Assembly: GCA_964057225.1 (NCBI GenBank)
Contig: OZ059895.1
Coordinates: 12,214,001 to 12,278,000 of the forward strand
Direction of reading: 5' to 3'
DNA from: Auanema rhodensis
Lineage: Eukaryota > Animalia > Nematoda
Length of the DNA stretch: 64,000 nt
A model generated the notes under the pieces. It ran no database searches. It worked only from the letters and a program-made list of their open reading frames with translations, and had not been told where the DNA came from. Position 1 is the stretch's first letter, and each line of letters starts with the position of its first letter. Positions 1 to 13,000 of the stretch are shown here, in pieces. The translations under genes and the position numbers were made by a program.

Positions 1-22
1 TCATTGAATATCAGATATTTTC

Positions 23-141
23 GCTTACGACCATACCACGTTGAAAGTACGCCATCCCGTCCGATCTGGCAAGTCAAGCAACGTTGGGCCCGGTTAGTAC
101 TTGGATCGGAGACGGCTTGGGAATCCCGGGTGCCGTAAGCT
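23..141 (+). rRNA. 5S rRNA (representative full copy, 119 nt)
   Basis: GCTTACGACCATACCACGTTGAAAGTACGCCATCCCGTCCGATCTGGCAAGTCAAGCAACG...GGGAATCCCGGGTGCCGTAAGCT. The ends pair (GCTTACG/CGTAAGC), the sequence closely resembles nematode 5S, and T-runs follow it. Confidence 0.98.
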
Positions 142-155
142 TTTCAAATTTTTTT
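141..155 (+). terminator. Pol III terminator (T4 then T7 run), present in every full unit
   Basis: TTTTCAAATTTTTTT directly at the 5S 3' end. Confidence 0.8.
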
Positions 156-156
156 A

Positions 157-185
157 ACGATCATACCACGTTGAAAGTACGCCAT
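157..185 (+). repeat. 29-bp downstream duplicate of 5S nt 5-33 (in every full unit)
   Basis: ACGATCATACCACGTTGAAAGTACGCCAT at 157-185 vs ACGACCATACCACGTTGAAAGTACGCCAT at 27-55; offset 130 bp. Confidence 0.95.
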
Positions 186-551
186 GCAGCTGATTTTCAA
201 TTTTATCTCTTCCGTAACAAATGTTTTCAATTTTCCAGCAGTTTTACTTAGATAGCTCAACCCAAGGCATTAAAATATCTTCAATCTTATTTCTATATTA
301 CAGTTATAAACCAGTAGTTTATGAACCTTCATCTTAACTTTACTGTTTCTATCTATTTCCTATTGAAACAAACATTGTTTAAACACTATACAACTGTGAA
401 ACCTTTTTCAATTTATTGTATTTGGAGCTCATAAGATTTGATATCATCGAGGGATTTAGATGTAACGTAGAAAATTACATAACTAACATGAAATTGGAAA
501 AAAAACAATAACGAGGATAAGTATGTAAATCATTGAATATCAGATATTTCC

Positions 552-584
552 GCTTACGACCATACCACGTTGAAAGTACGCCAT
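552..584 (+). pseudogene. Truncated 5S (nt 1-33 only) in a 399-bp unit (representative)
   Basis: The 5S 5' end runs straight into the spacer (..GCCAT|GCAGCTG). Unit length 399 = 529 - 130. Confidence 0.93.
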
Positions 585-950
585 GCAGCTGATTTTCAAT
601 TTTATCTCTTCCGTAACAAATGTTTTTAATTTTCCAGCAGTTTTACTTAGATAGATAAACCCAAGGCATCAAAATATCTTCAATCTTATTTCTATATTAC
701 AGTTATAAACCAGTAGTTTATGAACCTTTATCTTAACTTTATTGTTTCTATCTATTTCCTATTGAAACAAACATTGTTTGAACACTATACAACTGTGAAA
801 CCTTTTTTAATTTATTGTATTTGGATCTCATAAGATTTGATATCATCGAGGGATTTAGATATTACGTAGAAAATTACATAACTAACATGAAATTGGAAAA
901 AAAACAATAACGAGGATAAGTATGTAAATCATTGAATATCAGATATTTTC

Positions 951-1069
951 GCTTACGACCATACCACGTTGAAAGTACGCCATCCCGTCCGATCTGGCAA
1001 GTCAAGCAACGTTGGGCCCGGTTAGTACTTAGATCGGAGACGGCTTGGGAATCCCGGGTGCCGTAAGCT
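951..1069 (+). rRNA. 5S rRNA
   Basis: Full 119-nt copy (ACTTAGATC variant). Confidence 0.95.
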
Positions 1070-4000
1070 TTTCGAATTTTTTTAACGATCATACCACGTT
1101 GAAAGTACGCCATGCAGCTGATTTTCAATTTTATCTCTTCCGTAACAAATGTTTTCAATTTTCCAGCAGTTTTACTTAGATAGCTCAACCCAAGGCATTA
1201 AAATATCTTCAATCTTATTTCTATATTACAGTTATAAACCAGTAGTTTATGAACCTTCATCTTAACTTTACTGTTTCTATCTATTTCCTATTGAAACAAA
1301 CATTGTTTAAACACTATACAACTGTGAAACCTTTTTCAATTTATTGTATTTGGATCTCATAAGATTTGATATCATAGAGGGATTTAGATATTACGTAGAA
1401 AATTACATAACTAACATGAAATTGGAAAAAAAACAATAACGAGGATAAGTATGTAAATCTTTGAATATCAGGTATTTTCGCTTACGACCATACCACGTTG
1501 AAAGTACTCCATCCCGTCCGATCTGGCAAGTCAAGCAACGTTGGGCCCGGTTAGTACTTAGATCGGAGACGGCTTGGGAATCCCGGGTGCCGTAAGCTTT
1601 GCGAATTTTTTTAACGATCATACCACGTTGAAAGTACGCCATGCAGCTGATTTTCAATTTTATCTCTTCCGTAACAAATGTTTTCAATTTTCCAGCAGTT
1701 TTACTTAGATAGCTCAACCCAAGGCATTAAAATATCTTCAATCTTATTTCTATATTACAGTTATAAACCAGTAGTTTATGAACCTTCATCTTAACTTTAC
1801 TGTTTCTATCTATTTCCTATTGAAACAAACATTGTTTAAACACTATACAACTGTGAAACCTTTTTTAATTTATTGTATTTGGATCTCATAAGATTTGATA
1901 TCATCGAGGGATTTAGATATTACGTAGAAAATTACATAACTAACATGAAATTGGAAAAAAAACAATAACGAGGATAAGTATGTAAATCATTGAATATCAG
2001 ATATTTTCGCTTACGACCATACCACGTTGAAAGTACGTCATCCCGTCCGATCTGGCAAGTCAAGCAACGTTGGGCCCGGTTATTACTTGGATCGGAGACG
2101 GCTTGGGAATCCCGGGTGCCGTAAGCTTTTCAAATTTTTTTAACGATCATACCACGTTGAAAGTATGCCATGCAGCTGATTTTCAATTATATCTCTTCCG
2201 TAACAAATGTTTTCAATTTTCCAGCAGTTTTACTTAGATAGCTCAACCCAAGGCATCAAAAAATCTTCAATCTTATTTCTATATTACAGTTATAAACCAG
2301 TAGTTTATGAACCTTAATCTTAACTTTACTGTTTCTATCTATTTCCTATTGAAACAAACGTTGTTTAAACACTATACAACTGTGAAACCTTTTTTAATTT
2401 ATTGTATTTGGAGCTCATAAGATTTGATATCATCGAGGGATTTAGATGTAACGTGGAAAATTACATAACTAACATGAAATTGGAAAAAAAACAATAACGA
2501 GGATAAGTATGTAAATCATTGAATATCAGGTATTTTCGCTTACGACCATACCACGTTGAAAATACGCCATCCCGTCCGATCTGGCAAGTCAAGCAACGTT
2601 GGGCCCGGTTAGTACTTGGATCGGAGACGGCTTGGGAATCCCGGGTGCCGTAAGCTTTTCAAATTTTTTTGACGATCATGCCACGTTGAAAGAACGCCAT
2701 GCAGCTGATTTTCAATTCTATCTCTTCCGTAACAAATGTTTTTAATTTTCCAGCAGTTTTACTTAGATAGCTCAACCCAAGGCATCAAAATATCTTCAAT
2801 CTTATTTCTATATTACAGTTATACACCAGTAGTTTATGAACCTTAATCTTAACTTTATTGTTTCTATCTATTTCCTATTGAAACAACAATGTTTTAACAC
2901 TATACAACTGTGAAACCTTTTTTAATTTATCGTATTTGGAGCTCATAAGATTCAATATCATCGAGGGATTTAGATGTAACGTGGAAAATTACATAACTAA
3001 CATGAAATTGGAAAATAAGCAATAACGAGGATAAATATGTAAATCATTGAATAACAGATATTTTCGCTTACGACCATACCACGTTGAAAATACGCCATGC
3101 AGCTGATTTTCAATTTTATCTCTTCCGTAACAAATGTTTTCAATTTTCCAGCAGTTTTACTTAGATAGCTCAACCCAAGGCATTAAAATATCTTCAATCT
3201 TATTTCTATATTACAGTTATAAACCACTAGTTTATGAACCTTCATCTTAACTTTACTGTTTCTATCTATTTCCTATTGAAACAAACATTGTTTAAACACT
3301 ATACAACTGTGAAACCTTTTTTAATTTATTGTATTTGGATCTCATAAGATTTGATATCATCGAGGGATTTAGATATTACGTAGAAAATTACATAACTAAC
3401 ATGAAATTGGAAAAAAAACAATAACGATGATAAGTATGTAAATCATTGAATATCAGATATTTTCGCTTACGACCATACCACGTTGAAAGTACGCCATCCC
3501 GTCCGATCTGGCAAGTCAAGCAACGTTGGGCCCGGTTAGTACTTGGATCGGAGACGGCTTGGGAATCCCGGGTGCCGTAAGCTTTTCAAATTTTTTTAAC
3601 GATCATGCCACGTTGAAAGTACGCCATGCAGCTGATTTTCAATTTTATCTCTTCCGTAACAAATGTTTTTATTTTTCCAGCAGTTTTACTTAGATAGCTC
3701 AACCCAAGGGATCAAAATATCTTCAATCTTATTTCTATATTACAGTTATAAACCAGTAGTTTATGAACCTTAATCTTAACTTTATTGTTTCTATCTATTT
3801 TCTATTGAAACAACAATGTTTTAACACTATACAACTGTGAAACCTTTTTTAATTTATCGTATTTGGAGCTCATAAGATTCAATATCATCGAGGGATTTAG
3901 ATGTAACGTGGAAAATTACATAACTAACATGAAATTGGAAAATAAGCAATAACGAGGATAAATATGTAAATCATTGAATAACAGATATTTTCGCTTGCGA

Positions 4001-7000
4001 CCATACCACGTTGAAAGTATGCCATGCAGCTGATTTTCAATTTTATCTCTTCCGTAACAAATGTTTTCAATTTTCCAGCAATTTTACTTAGATAGCTCAA
4101 CCCAAGGCATTAAAATATCTTCAATCTTATTTCCATATTACAGTTATAAACCAGTAGTTTATGAACCTTCATCTTAACTTTACTGTTTCTATCTATTTCC
4201 TATTGAATCAAACGTTGTTTAAACACTATACAACTGTGAAACCTTTTTTAATTTATTGTATTTGGAGCTCATAAGATTTGATATCATCGAGGGATTTAGA
4301 TGTAACGTGGAAAATTACATAACTAACATGAAATTGGAAAAAAAACAATAACGAGGATAAGTATGTAAATCATTGAATATCAGATATTTTCGCTTACGAC
4401 CATACCACGTTGAAAGTACGCCATCCCGTCCGATCTGGCAAGTCAAGCAACGTTGGGCCCGGTTAGTACTTGGATCGGAGACGGCTTGGGAATCCCGGGT
4501 GCCGTAAGCTTTTCAAATTTTTTTAACGATCATGCCACGTTGAAAGTACGCCATGCAGCTGATTTTCAATTTTATCTCTTCCGTAACAAATGTTTTTAAT
4601 TTTCCAGCAGTTTTACTTAGATAGCTCAACCCAAGGCATCAAAATATCTTCAATCTTATTTCTATATTACAGTTATAAACCAGTAGTTTATGAACCTTAA
4701 TCTTAACTTTACTGTTTCTATCTATTTCCTATTGAAACAAACAATGTTTTAACACTATACAACTGTGAAACCTTTTTTAATTTATTGTATATGGAGCTCA
4801 TAAGATTCAATATCATCGAGGGATTTAGATGTAACGTGGAAAATTACATAACTAACATGAAATTGGAAAATAAGCAATAACGAGGATAAATATGTAAATC
4901 ATTGAATAACAGATATTTTCGCTTACGACCATACCACGTTGAAAATACGCCATGCAGCTGATTTTCAATTTTATCTCTTCCGTAACAAATGTTTTCAATT
5001 TTCCAGCAGTTTTACTTAGATAGCTCAACCCAATTCATCAAAATATCTCCAATCTTATCTCTATATTACAGTTATAAACCAGTAGTTTATGAACCTTAGT
5101 CTTAACTTTACTGTTTCTAACACTATACAACTGTGAAACCTTTTTTAATTTATTGTATTTGGATCTCATAAGATTTGATATCATCGAGGGATTTAGATAT
5201 TACGTAGAAAATTACATAACTAACATGAAATTGGAAAAAAAACAATAACGAGGATAAGTATGTAAATCATTGAATATCAGATATTTTCGCTTACGACCAT
5301 ACCACGTTGAAAGTACGTCATCCCGTCCGATCTGGCAAGTCAAGCAACGTTGGGCCCGGTTATTACTTGGATCGGAGACGGCTTGGGAATCCCGGGTGCC
5401 GTAAGCTTTTCAAATTTTTTTAACGATCATACCACGTTGAAAGTATGCCATGCAGCTGATTTTCAATTATATCTCTTCCGTAACAAATGTTTTCAATTTT
5501 CCAGCAGTTTTACTTAGATAGCTCAACCCAAGGCATCAAAAAATCTTCAATCTTATTTCTATATTACAGTTATAAACCAGTAGTTTATGAACCTTAATCT
5601 TAACTTTACTGTTTCTATCTATTTCCTATTGAAACAAACGTTGTTTAAACACTATACAACTGTGAAACCTTTTTTAATTTATTGTATTTGGAGCTCATAA
5701 GATTTGATATCATCGAGGGATTTAGATGTAACGTGGAAAATTACATAACTAACATGAAATTGGAAAAAAAACAATAACGAGGATAAGTATGTAAATCATT
5801 GAATATCAGGTATTTTCGCTTACGACCATACCACGTTGAAAATACGCCATCCCGTCCGATCTGGCAAGTCAAGCAACGTTGGGCCCGGTTAGTACTTGGA
5901 TCGGAGACGGCTTGGGAATCCCGGGTGCCGTAAGCTTTTCAAATTTTTTTGACGATCATGCCACGTTGAAAGAACGCCATGCAGCTGATTTTCAATTCTA
6001 TCTCTTCCGTAACAAATGTTTTTAATTTTCCAGCAGTTTTACTTAGATAGCTCAACCCAAGGCATCAAAATATCTTCAATCTTATTTCTATATTACAGTT
6101 ATACACCAGTAGTTTATGAACCTTAATCTTAACTTTATTGTTTCTATCTATTTCCTATTGAAACAACAATGTTTTAACACTATACAACTGTGAAACCTTT
6201 TTTAATTTATCGTATTTGGAGCTCATAAGATTCAATATCATCGAGGGATTTAGATGTAACGTGGAAAATTACATAACTAACATGAAATTGGAAAATAAGC
6301 AATAACGAGGATAAATATGTAAATCATTGAATAACAGATATTTTCGCTTACGACCATACCACGTTGAAAATACGCCATGCAGCTGATTTTCAATTTTATC
6401 TCTTCCGTAACAAATGTTTTCAATTTTCCAGCAGTTTTACTTAGATAGCTCAACCCAAGGCATTAAAATATCTTCAATCTTATTTCTATATTACAGTTAT
6501 AAACCACTAGTTTATGAACCTTCATCTTAACTTTACTGTTTCTATCTATTTCCTATTGAAACAAACATTGTTTAAACACTATACAACTGTGAAACCTTTT
6601 TTAATTTATTGTATTTGGATCTCATAAGATTTGATATCATCGAGGGATTTAGATATTACGTAGAAAATTACATAACTAACATGAAATTGGAAAAAAAACA
6701 ATAACGATGATAAGTATGTAAATCATTGAATATCAGATATTTTCGCTTACGACCATACCACGTTGAAAGTACGCCATCCCGTCCGATCTGGCAAGTCAAG
6801 CAACGTTGGGCCCGGTTAGTACTTGGATCGGAGACGGCTTGGGAATCCCGGGTGCCGTAAGCTTTTCAAATTTTTTTAACGATCATGCCACGTTGAAAGT
6901 ACGCCATGCAGCTGATTTTCAATTTTATCTCTTCCGTAACAAATGTTTTTATTTTTCCAGCAGTTTTACTTAGATAGCTCAACCCAAGGGATCAAAATAT

Positions 7001-10000
7001 CTTCAATCTTATTTCTATATTACAGTTATAAACCAGTAGTTTATGAACCTTAATCTTAACTTTATTGTTTCTATCTATTTTCTATTGAAACAACAATGTT
7101 TTAACACTATACAACTGTGAAACCTTTTTTAATTTATCGTATTTGGAGCTCATAAGATTCAATATCATCGAGGGATTTAGATGTAACGTGGAAAATTACA
7201 TAACTAACATGAAATTGGAAAATAAGCAATAACGAGGATAAATATGTAAATCATTGAATATCAGATATTTTCGCTTACGACCATACCACGTTGAAAGTAC
7301 GCCATCCCGTCCGATCTGGCAAGTCAAGCAACGTTGGGCCCGGTTAGTACTTGGATCGGAGACGGCTTGGGAATCCCGGGTGCCGTAAGCTTTTCAAATT
7401 TTTTTAACGATCATGCCACGTTGAAAGTACGCCATGCAGCTGATTTTCAATTTTATCTCTTCCGTAACAAATGTTTTTATTTTTCCAGCAGTTTTACTTA
7501 GATAGCTCAACCCAAGGCATCAAAATATCTTCAATCTTATTTCTATATTACAGTTATAAACCAGTAGTTTATGAACCTTAATCTTAACTTTATTGTTTCT
7601 ATCTATTTTCTATTGAAACAACAATGTTTTAACACTATACAACTGTGAAACCTTTTTTAATTTATCGTATTTGGAGCTCATAAGATTCAATATCATCGAG
7701 GGATTTAGATGTAACGTGGAAAATTACATAACTAACATGAAATTGGAAAATAAGCAATAACGAGGATAAATATGTAAATCATTGAATAACAGATATTTTC
7801 GCTTGCGACCATACCACGTTGAAAGTATGCCATGCAGCTGATTTTCAATTTTATCTCTTCCGTAACAAATGTTTTCAATTTTCCAGCAATTTTACTTAGA
7901 TAGCTCAACCCAAGGCATTAAAATATCTTCAATCTTATTTCCATATTACAGTTATAAACCAGTAGTTTATGAACCTTCATCTTAACTTTACTGTTTCTAT
8001 CTATTTCCTATTGAATCAAACGTTGTTTAAACACTATACAACTGTGAAACCTTTTTTAATTTATTGTATTTGGAGCTCATAAGATTTGATATCATCGAGG
8101 GATTTAGATGTAACGTGGAAAATTACATAACTAACATGAAATTGGAAAAAAAACAATAACGAGGATAAGTATGTAAATCATTGAATATCAGATATTTTCG
8201 CTTACGACCATACCACGTTGAAAGTACGCCATCCCGTCCGATCTGGCAAGTCAAGCAACGTTGGGCCCGGTTAGTACTTGGATCGGAGACGGCTTGGGAA
8301 TCCCGGGTGCCGTAAGCTTTTCAAATTTTTTTAACGATCATGCCACGTTGAAAGAACGCCATGCAGCCGATTTTCAATTTTATCTCTTCCGTAACAAATG
8401 TTTTTAATTTTCCAGCAGTTTTACTTAGATAGCTCAACCCAAGGCATCAAAATATCTTCAATCTTATTTCTATATTACAGTTATAAACCAGTAGTTTATG
8501 AACCTTAATCTTAACTTTACTGTTTCTATCTATTTCCTATTGAAACAAACAATGTTTTAACACTATACAACTGTGAAACCTTTTTTAATTTATTGTATAT
8601 GGAGCTCATAAGATTCAATATCATCGAGGGATTTAGATGTAACGTGGAAAATTACATAACTAACATGAAATTGGAAAATAAGCAATAACGAGGATAAATA
8701 TGTAAATCATTGAATAACAGATATTTTCGCTTACGACCATACCACGTTGAAAATACGCCATGCAGCTGATTTTCAATTTTATCTCTTCCGTAACAAATGT
8801 TTTCAATTTTCCAGCAGTTTTACTTAGATAGCTCAACCCAATTCATCAAAATATCTCCAATCTTATCTCTATATTACAGTTATAAACCAGTAGTTTATGA
8901 ACCTTAATCTTAACTTTACTGTTTCTAACACTATACAACTGTGAAACCTTTTTTAATTTATTGTATTTGGATCTCATAAGATTTGATATCATCGAGGGAT
9001 TTAGATATTACGTAGAAAATTACATAACTAACATGAAATTGGAAAAAAAACAATAACGAGGATAAGTATGTAAATCATTGAATATCAGATATTTTCGCTT
9101 ACGACCATACCACGTTGAAAGTACGTCATCCCGTCCGATCTGGCAAGTCAAGCAACGTTGGGCCCGGTTAGTACTTGGATCGGAGACGGCTTGGGAATCC
9201 CGGGTGCCGTAAGCTTTTCAAATTTTTTTAACGATCATACCACGTTGAAAGTACGCCATGCAGCTGATTTTCAATTTTATCTCTTCCGTAACAAATGTTT
9301 TCAATTTTCCAGCAGTTTAACTTAGATAGCTCAACCCAAGGCATTAAAATATCTTCAATCTTATTTCTATATTACAGTTATAAACCAGTAGTTTATGAAC
9401 CTTCATCTTAACTTTATTGTTTCTATCTATTTCCTATTGAAACAAACATTGTTTGAACACTATACAACTGTGAAACCTTTTTTAATTTATTGTATTTGGA
9501 TCTCATAAGATTTGATATCATCGAGGGATTTAGATATTACGTAGAAAATTACATAACTAACATGAAATTGGAAAAAAAACAATAACGAGGATAAGTATGT
9601 AAATCATTGAATATCAGATATTTTCGCTTACGACCATACCACGTTGAAAGTACGCCATCCCGTCCGATCTGGCAAGTCAAGCAACGTTGGGCCCGGTTAG
9701 TACTTAGATCGGAGACGGCTTGGGAATCCCGGGTGCCGTAAGCTTTTCGAATTTTTTTAACGATCATACCACGTTGAAAGTACGCCATGCAGCTGATTTT
9801 CAATTTTATCTCTTCCGTAACAAATGTTTTCAATTTTCCAGCAGTTTTACTTAGATAGCTCAACCCAAGGCATTAAAATATCTTCAATCTTATTTCTATA
9901 TTACAGTTATAAACCAGTAGTTTATGAACCTTCATCTTAACTTTACTGTTTCTATCTATTTCCTATTGAAACAAACATTGTTTAAACACTATACAACTGT

Positions 10001-13000
10001 GAAACCTTTTTCAATTTATTGTATTTGGATCTCATAAGATTTGATATCATAGAGGGATTTAGATATTACGTAGAAAATTACATAACTAACATGAAATTGG
10101 AAAAAAAACAATAACGAGGATAAGTATGTAAATCTTTGAATATCAGGTATTTTCGCTTACGACCATACCACGTTGAAAGTACTCCATCCCGTCCGATCTG
10201 GCAAGTCAAGCAACGTTGGGCCCGGTTAGTACTTAGATCGGAGACGGCTTGGGAATCCCGGGTGCCGTAAGCTTTGCGAATTTTTTTAACGATCATACCA
10301 CGTTGAAAGTACGCCATGCAGCTGATTTTCAATTTTATCTCTTCCGTAACAAATGTTTTCAATTTTCCAGCAGTTTTACTTAGATAGCTCAACCCAAGGC
10401 ATTAAAATATCTTCAATCTTATTTCTATATTACAGTTATAAACCAGTAGTTTATGAACCTTCATCTTAACTTTACTGTTTCTATCTATTTCCTATTGAAA
10501 CAAACATTGTTTAAACACTATACAACTGTGAAACCTTTTTTAATTTATTGTATTTGGATCTCATAAGATTTGATATCATCGAGGGATTTAGATATTACGT
10601 AGAAAATTACATAACTAACATGAAATTGGAAAAAAAACAATAACGAGGATAAGTATGTAAATCATTGAATATCAGATATTTTCGCTTACGACCATACCAC
10701 GTTGAAAGTACGTCATCCCGTCCGATCTGGCAAGTCAAGCAACGTTGGGCCCGGCTATTACTTGGATCGGAGACGGCTTGGGAATCCCGGGTGCCGTAAG
10801 CTTTTCAAATTTTTTTAACGATCATACCACGTTGAAAGTATGCCATGCAGCTGATTTTCAATTATATCTCTTCCGTAACAAATGTTTTCAATTTTCCAGC
10901 AGTTTTACTTAGATAGCTCAACCCAAGGCATCAAAAAATCTTCAATCTTATTTCTATATTACAGTTATAAACCAGTAGTTTATGAACCTTAATCTTAACT
11001 TTACTGTTTCTATCTATTTCCTATTGAAACAAACGTTGTTTAAACACTATACAACTGTGAAACCTTTTTTAATTTATTGTATTTGGAGCTCATAAGATTT
11101 GATATCATCGAGGGATTTAGATGTAACGTGGAAAATTACATAACTAACATGAAATTGGAAAAAAAACAATAACGAGGATAAGTATGTAAATCATTGAATA
11201 TCAGGTATTTTCGCTTACGACCATACCACGTTGAAAATACGCCATCCCGTCCGATCTGGCAAGTCAAGCAACGTTGGGCCCGGTTAGTACTTGGATCGGA
11301 GACGGCTTGGGAATCCCGGGTGCCGTAAGCTTTTCAAATTTTTTTGACGATCATGCCACGTTGAAAGAACGCCATGCAGCTGATTTTCAATTCTATCTCT
11401 TCCGTAACAAATGTTTTTAATTTTCCAGCAGTTTTACTTAGATAGCTCAACCCAAGGCATCAAAATATCTTCAATCTTATTTCTATATTACAGTTATACA
11501 CCAGTAGTTTATGAACCTTAATCTTAACTTTATTGTTTCTATCTATTTCCTATTGAAACAAACATTGTTTAAACACTATACAACTGTGAAACCTTTTTTA
11601 ATTTATTGTATTTGGATCTCATAAGATTTGATATCATCGAGGGATTTAGATATTACGTAGAAAATTACATAACTAACATGAAATTGGAAAAAAAACAATA
11701 ACGATGATAAGTATGTAAATCATTGAATATCAGATATTTTCGCTTACGACCATACCACGTTGAAAGTACGCCATCCCGTCCGATCTGGCAAGTCAAGCAA
11801 CGTTGGGCCCGGTTAGTACTTGGATCGGAGACGGCTTGGGAATCCCGGGTGCCGTAAGCTTTTCAAATTTTTTTAACGATCATGCCACGTTGAAAGTACG
11901 CCATGCAGCTGATTTTCAATTTTATCTCTTCCGTAACAAATGTTTTTATTTTTCCAGCAGTTTTACTTAGATAGCTCAACCCAAGGGATCAAAATATCTT
12001 CAATCTTATTTCTATATTACAGTTATAAACCAGTAGTTTATGAACCTTAATCTTAACTTTATTGTTTCTATCTATTTTCTATTGAAACAACAATGTTTTA
12101 ACACTATACAACTGTGAAACCTTTTTTAATTTATCGTATTTGGAGCTCATAAGATTCAATATCATCGAGGGATTTAGATGTAACGTGGAAAATTACATAA
12201 CTAACATGAAATTGGAAAATAAGCAATAACGAGGATAAATATGTAAATCATTGAATATCAGATATTTTCGCTTACGACCATACCACGTTGAAAGTACGCC
12301 ATCCCGTCCGATCTGGCAAGTCAAGCAACGTTGGGCCCGGTTAGTACTTGGATCGGAGACGGCTTGGGAATCCCGGGTGCCGTAAGCTTTTCAAATTTTT
12401 TTAACGATCATGCCACGTTGAAAGTACGCCATGCAGCTGATTTTCAATTTTATCTCTTCCGTAACAAATGTTTTTATTTTTCCAGCAGTTTTACTTAGAT
12501 AGCTCAACCCAAGGGATCAAAATATCTTCAATCTTATTTCTATATTACAGTTATAAACCAGTAGTTTATGAACCTTAATCTTAACTTTATTGTTTCTATC
12601 TATTTTCTATTGAAACAACAATGTTTTAACACTATACAACTGTGAAACCTTTTTTAATTTATCGTATTTGGAGCTCATAAGATTCAATATCATCGAGGGA
12701 TTTAGATGTAACGTGGAAAATTACATAACTAACATGAAATTGGAAAATAAGCAATAACGAGGATAAATATGTAAATCATTGAATATCAGATATTTTCGCT
12801 TACGACCATACCACGTTGAAAGTACGCCATCCCGTCCGATCTGGCAAGTCAAGCAACGTTGGGCCCGGTTAGTACTTGGATCGGAGACGGCTTGGGAATC
12901 CCGGGTGCCGTAAGCTTTTCAAATTTTTTTAACGATCATGCCACGTTGAAAGTACGCCATGCAGCTGATTTTCAATTTTATCTCTTCCGTAACAAATGTT

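Noticed and set aside
186-551. SL1 spliced-leader RNA gene linked to 5S as in C. elegans
   Set aside because: No GGTTTAATTACCCAAGTTTGAG or recognisable variant on either strand of the spacer. A very divergent SL cannot be excluded without a covariance search.
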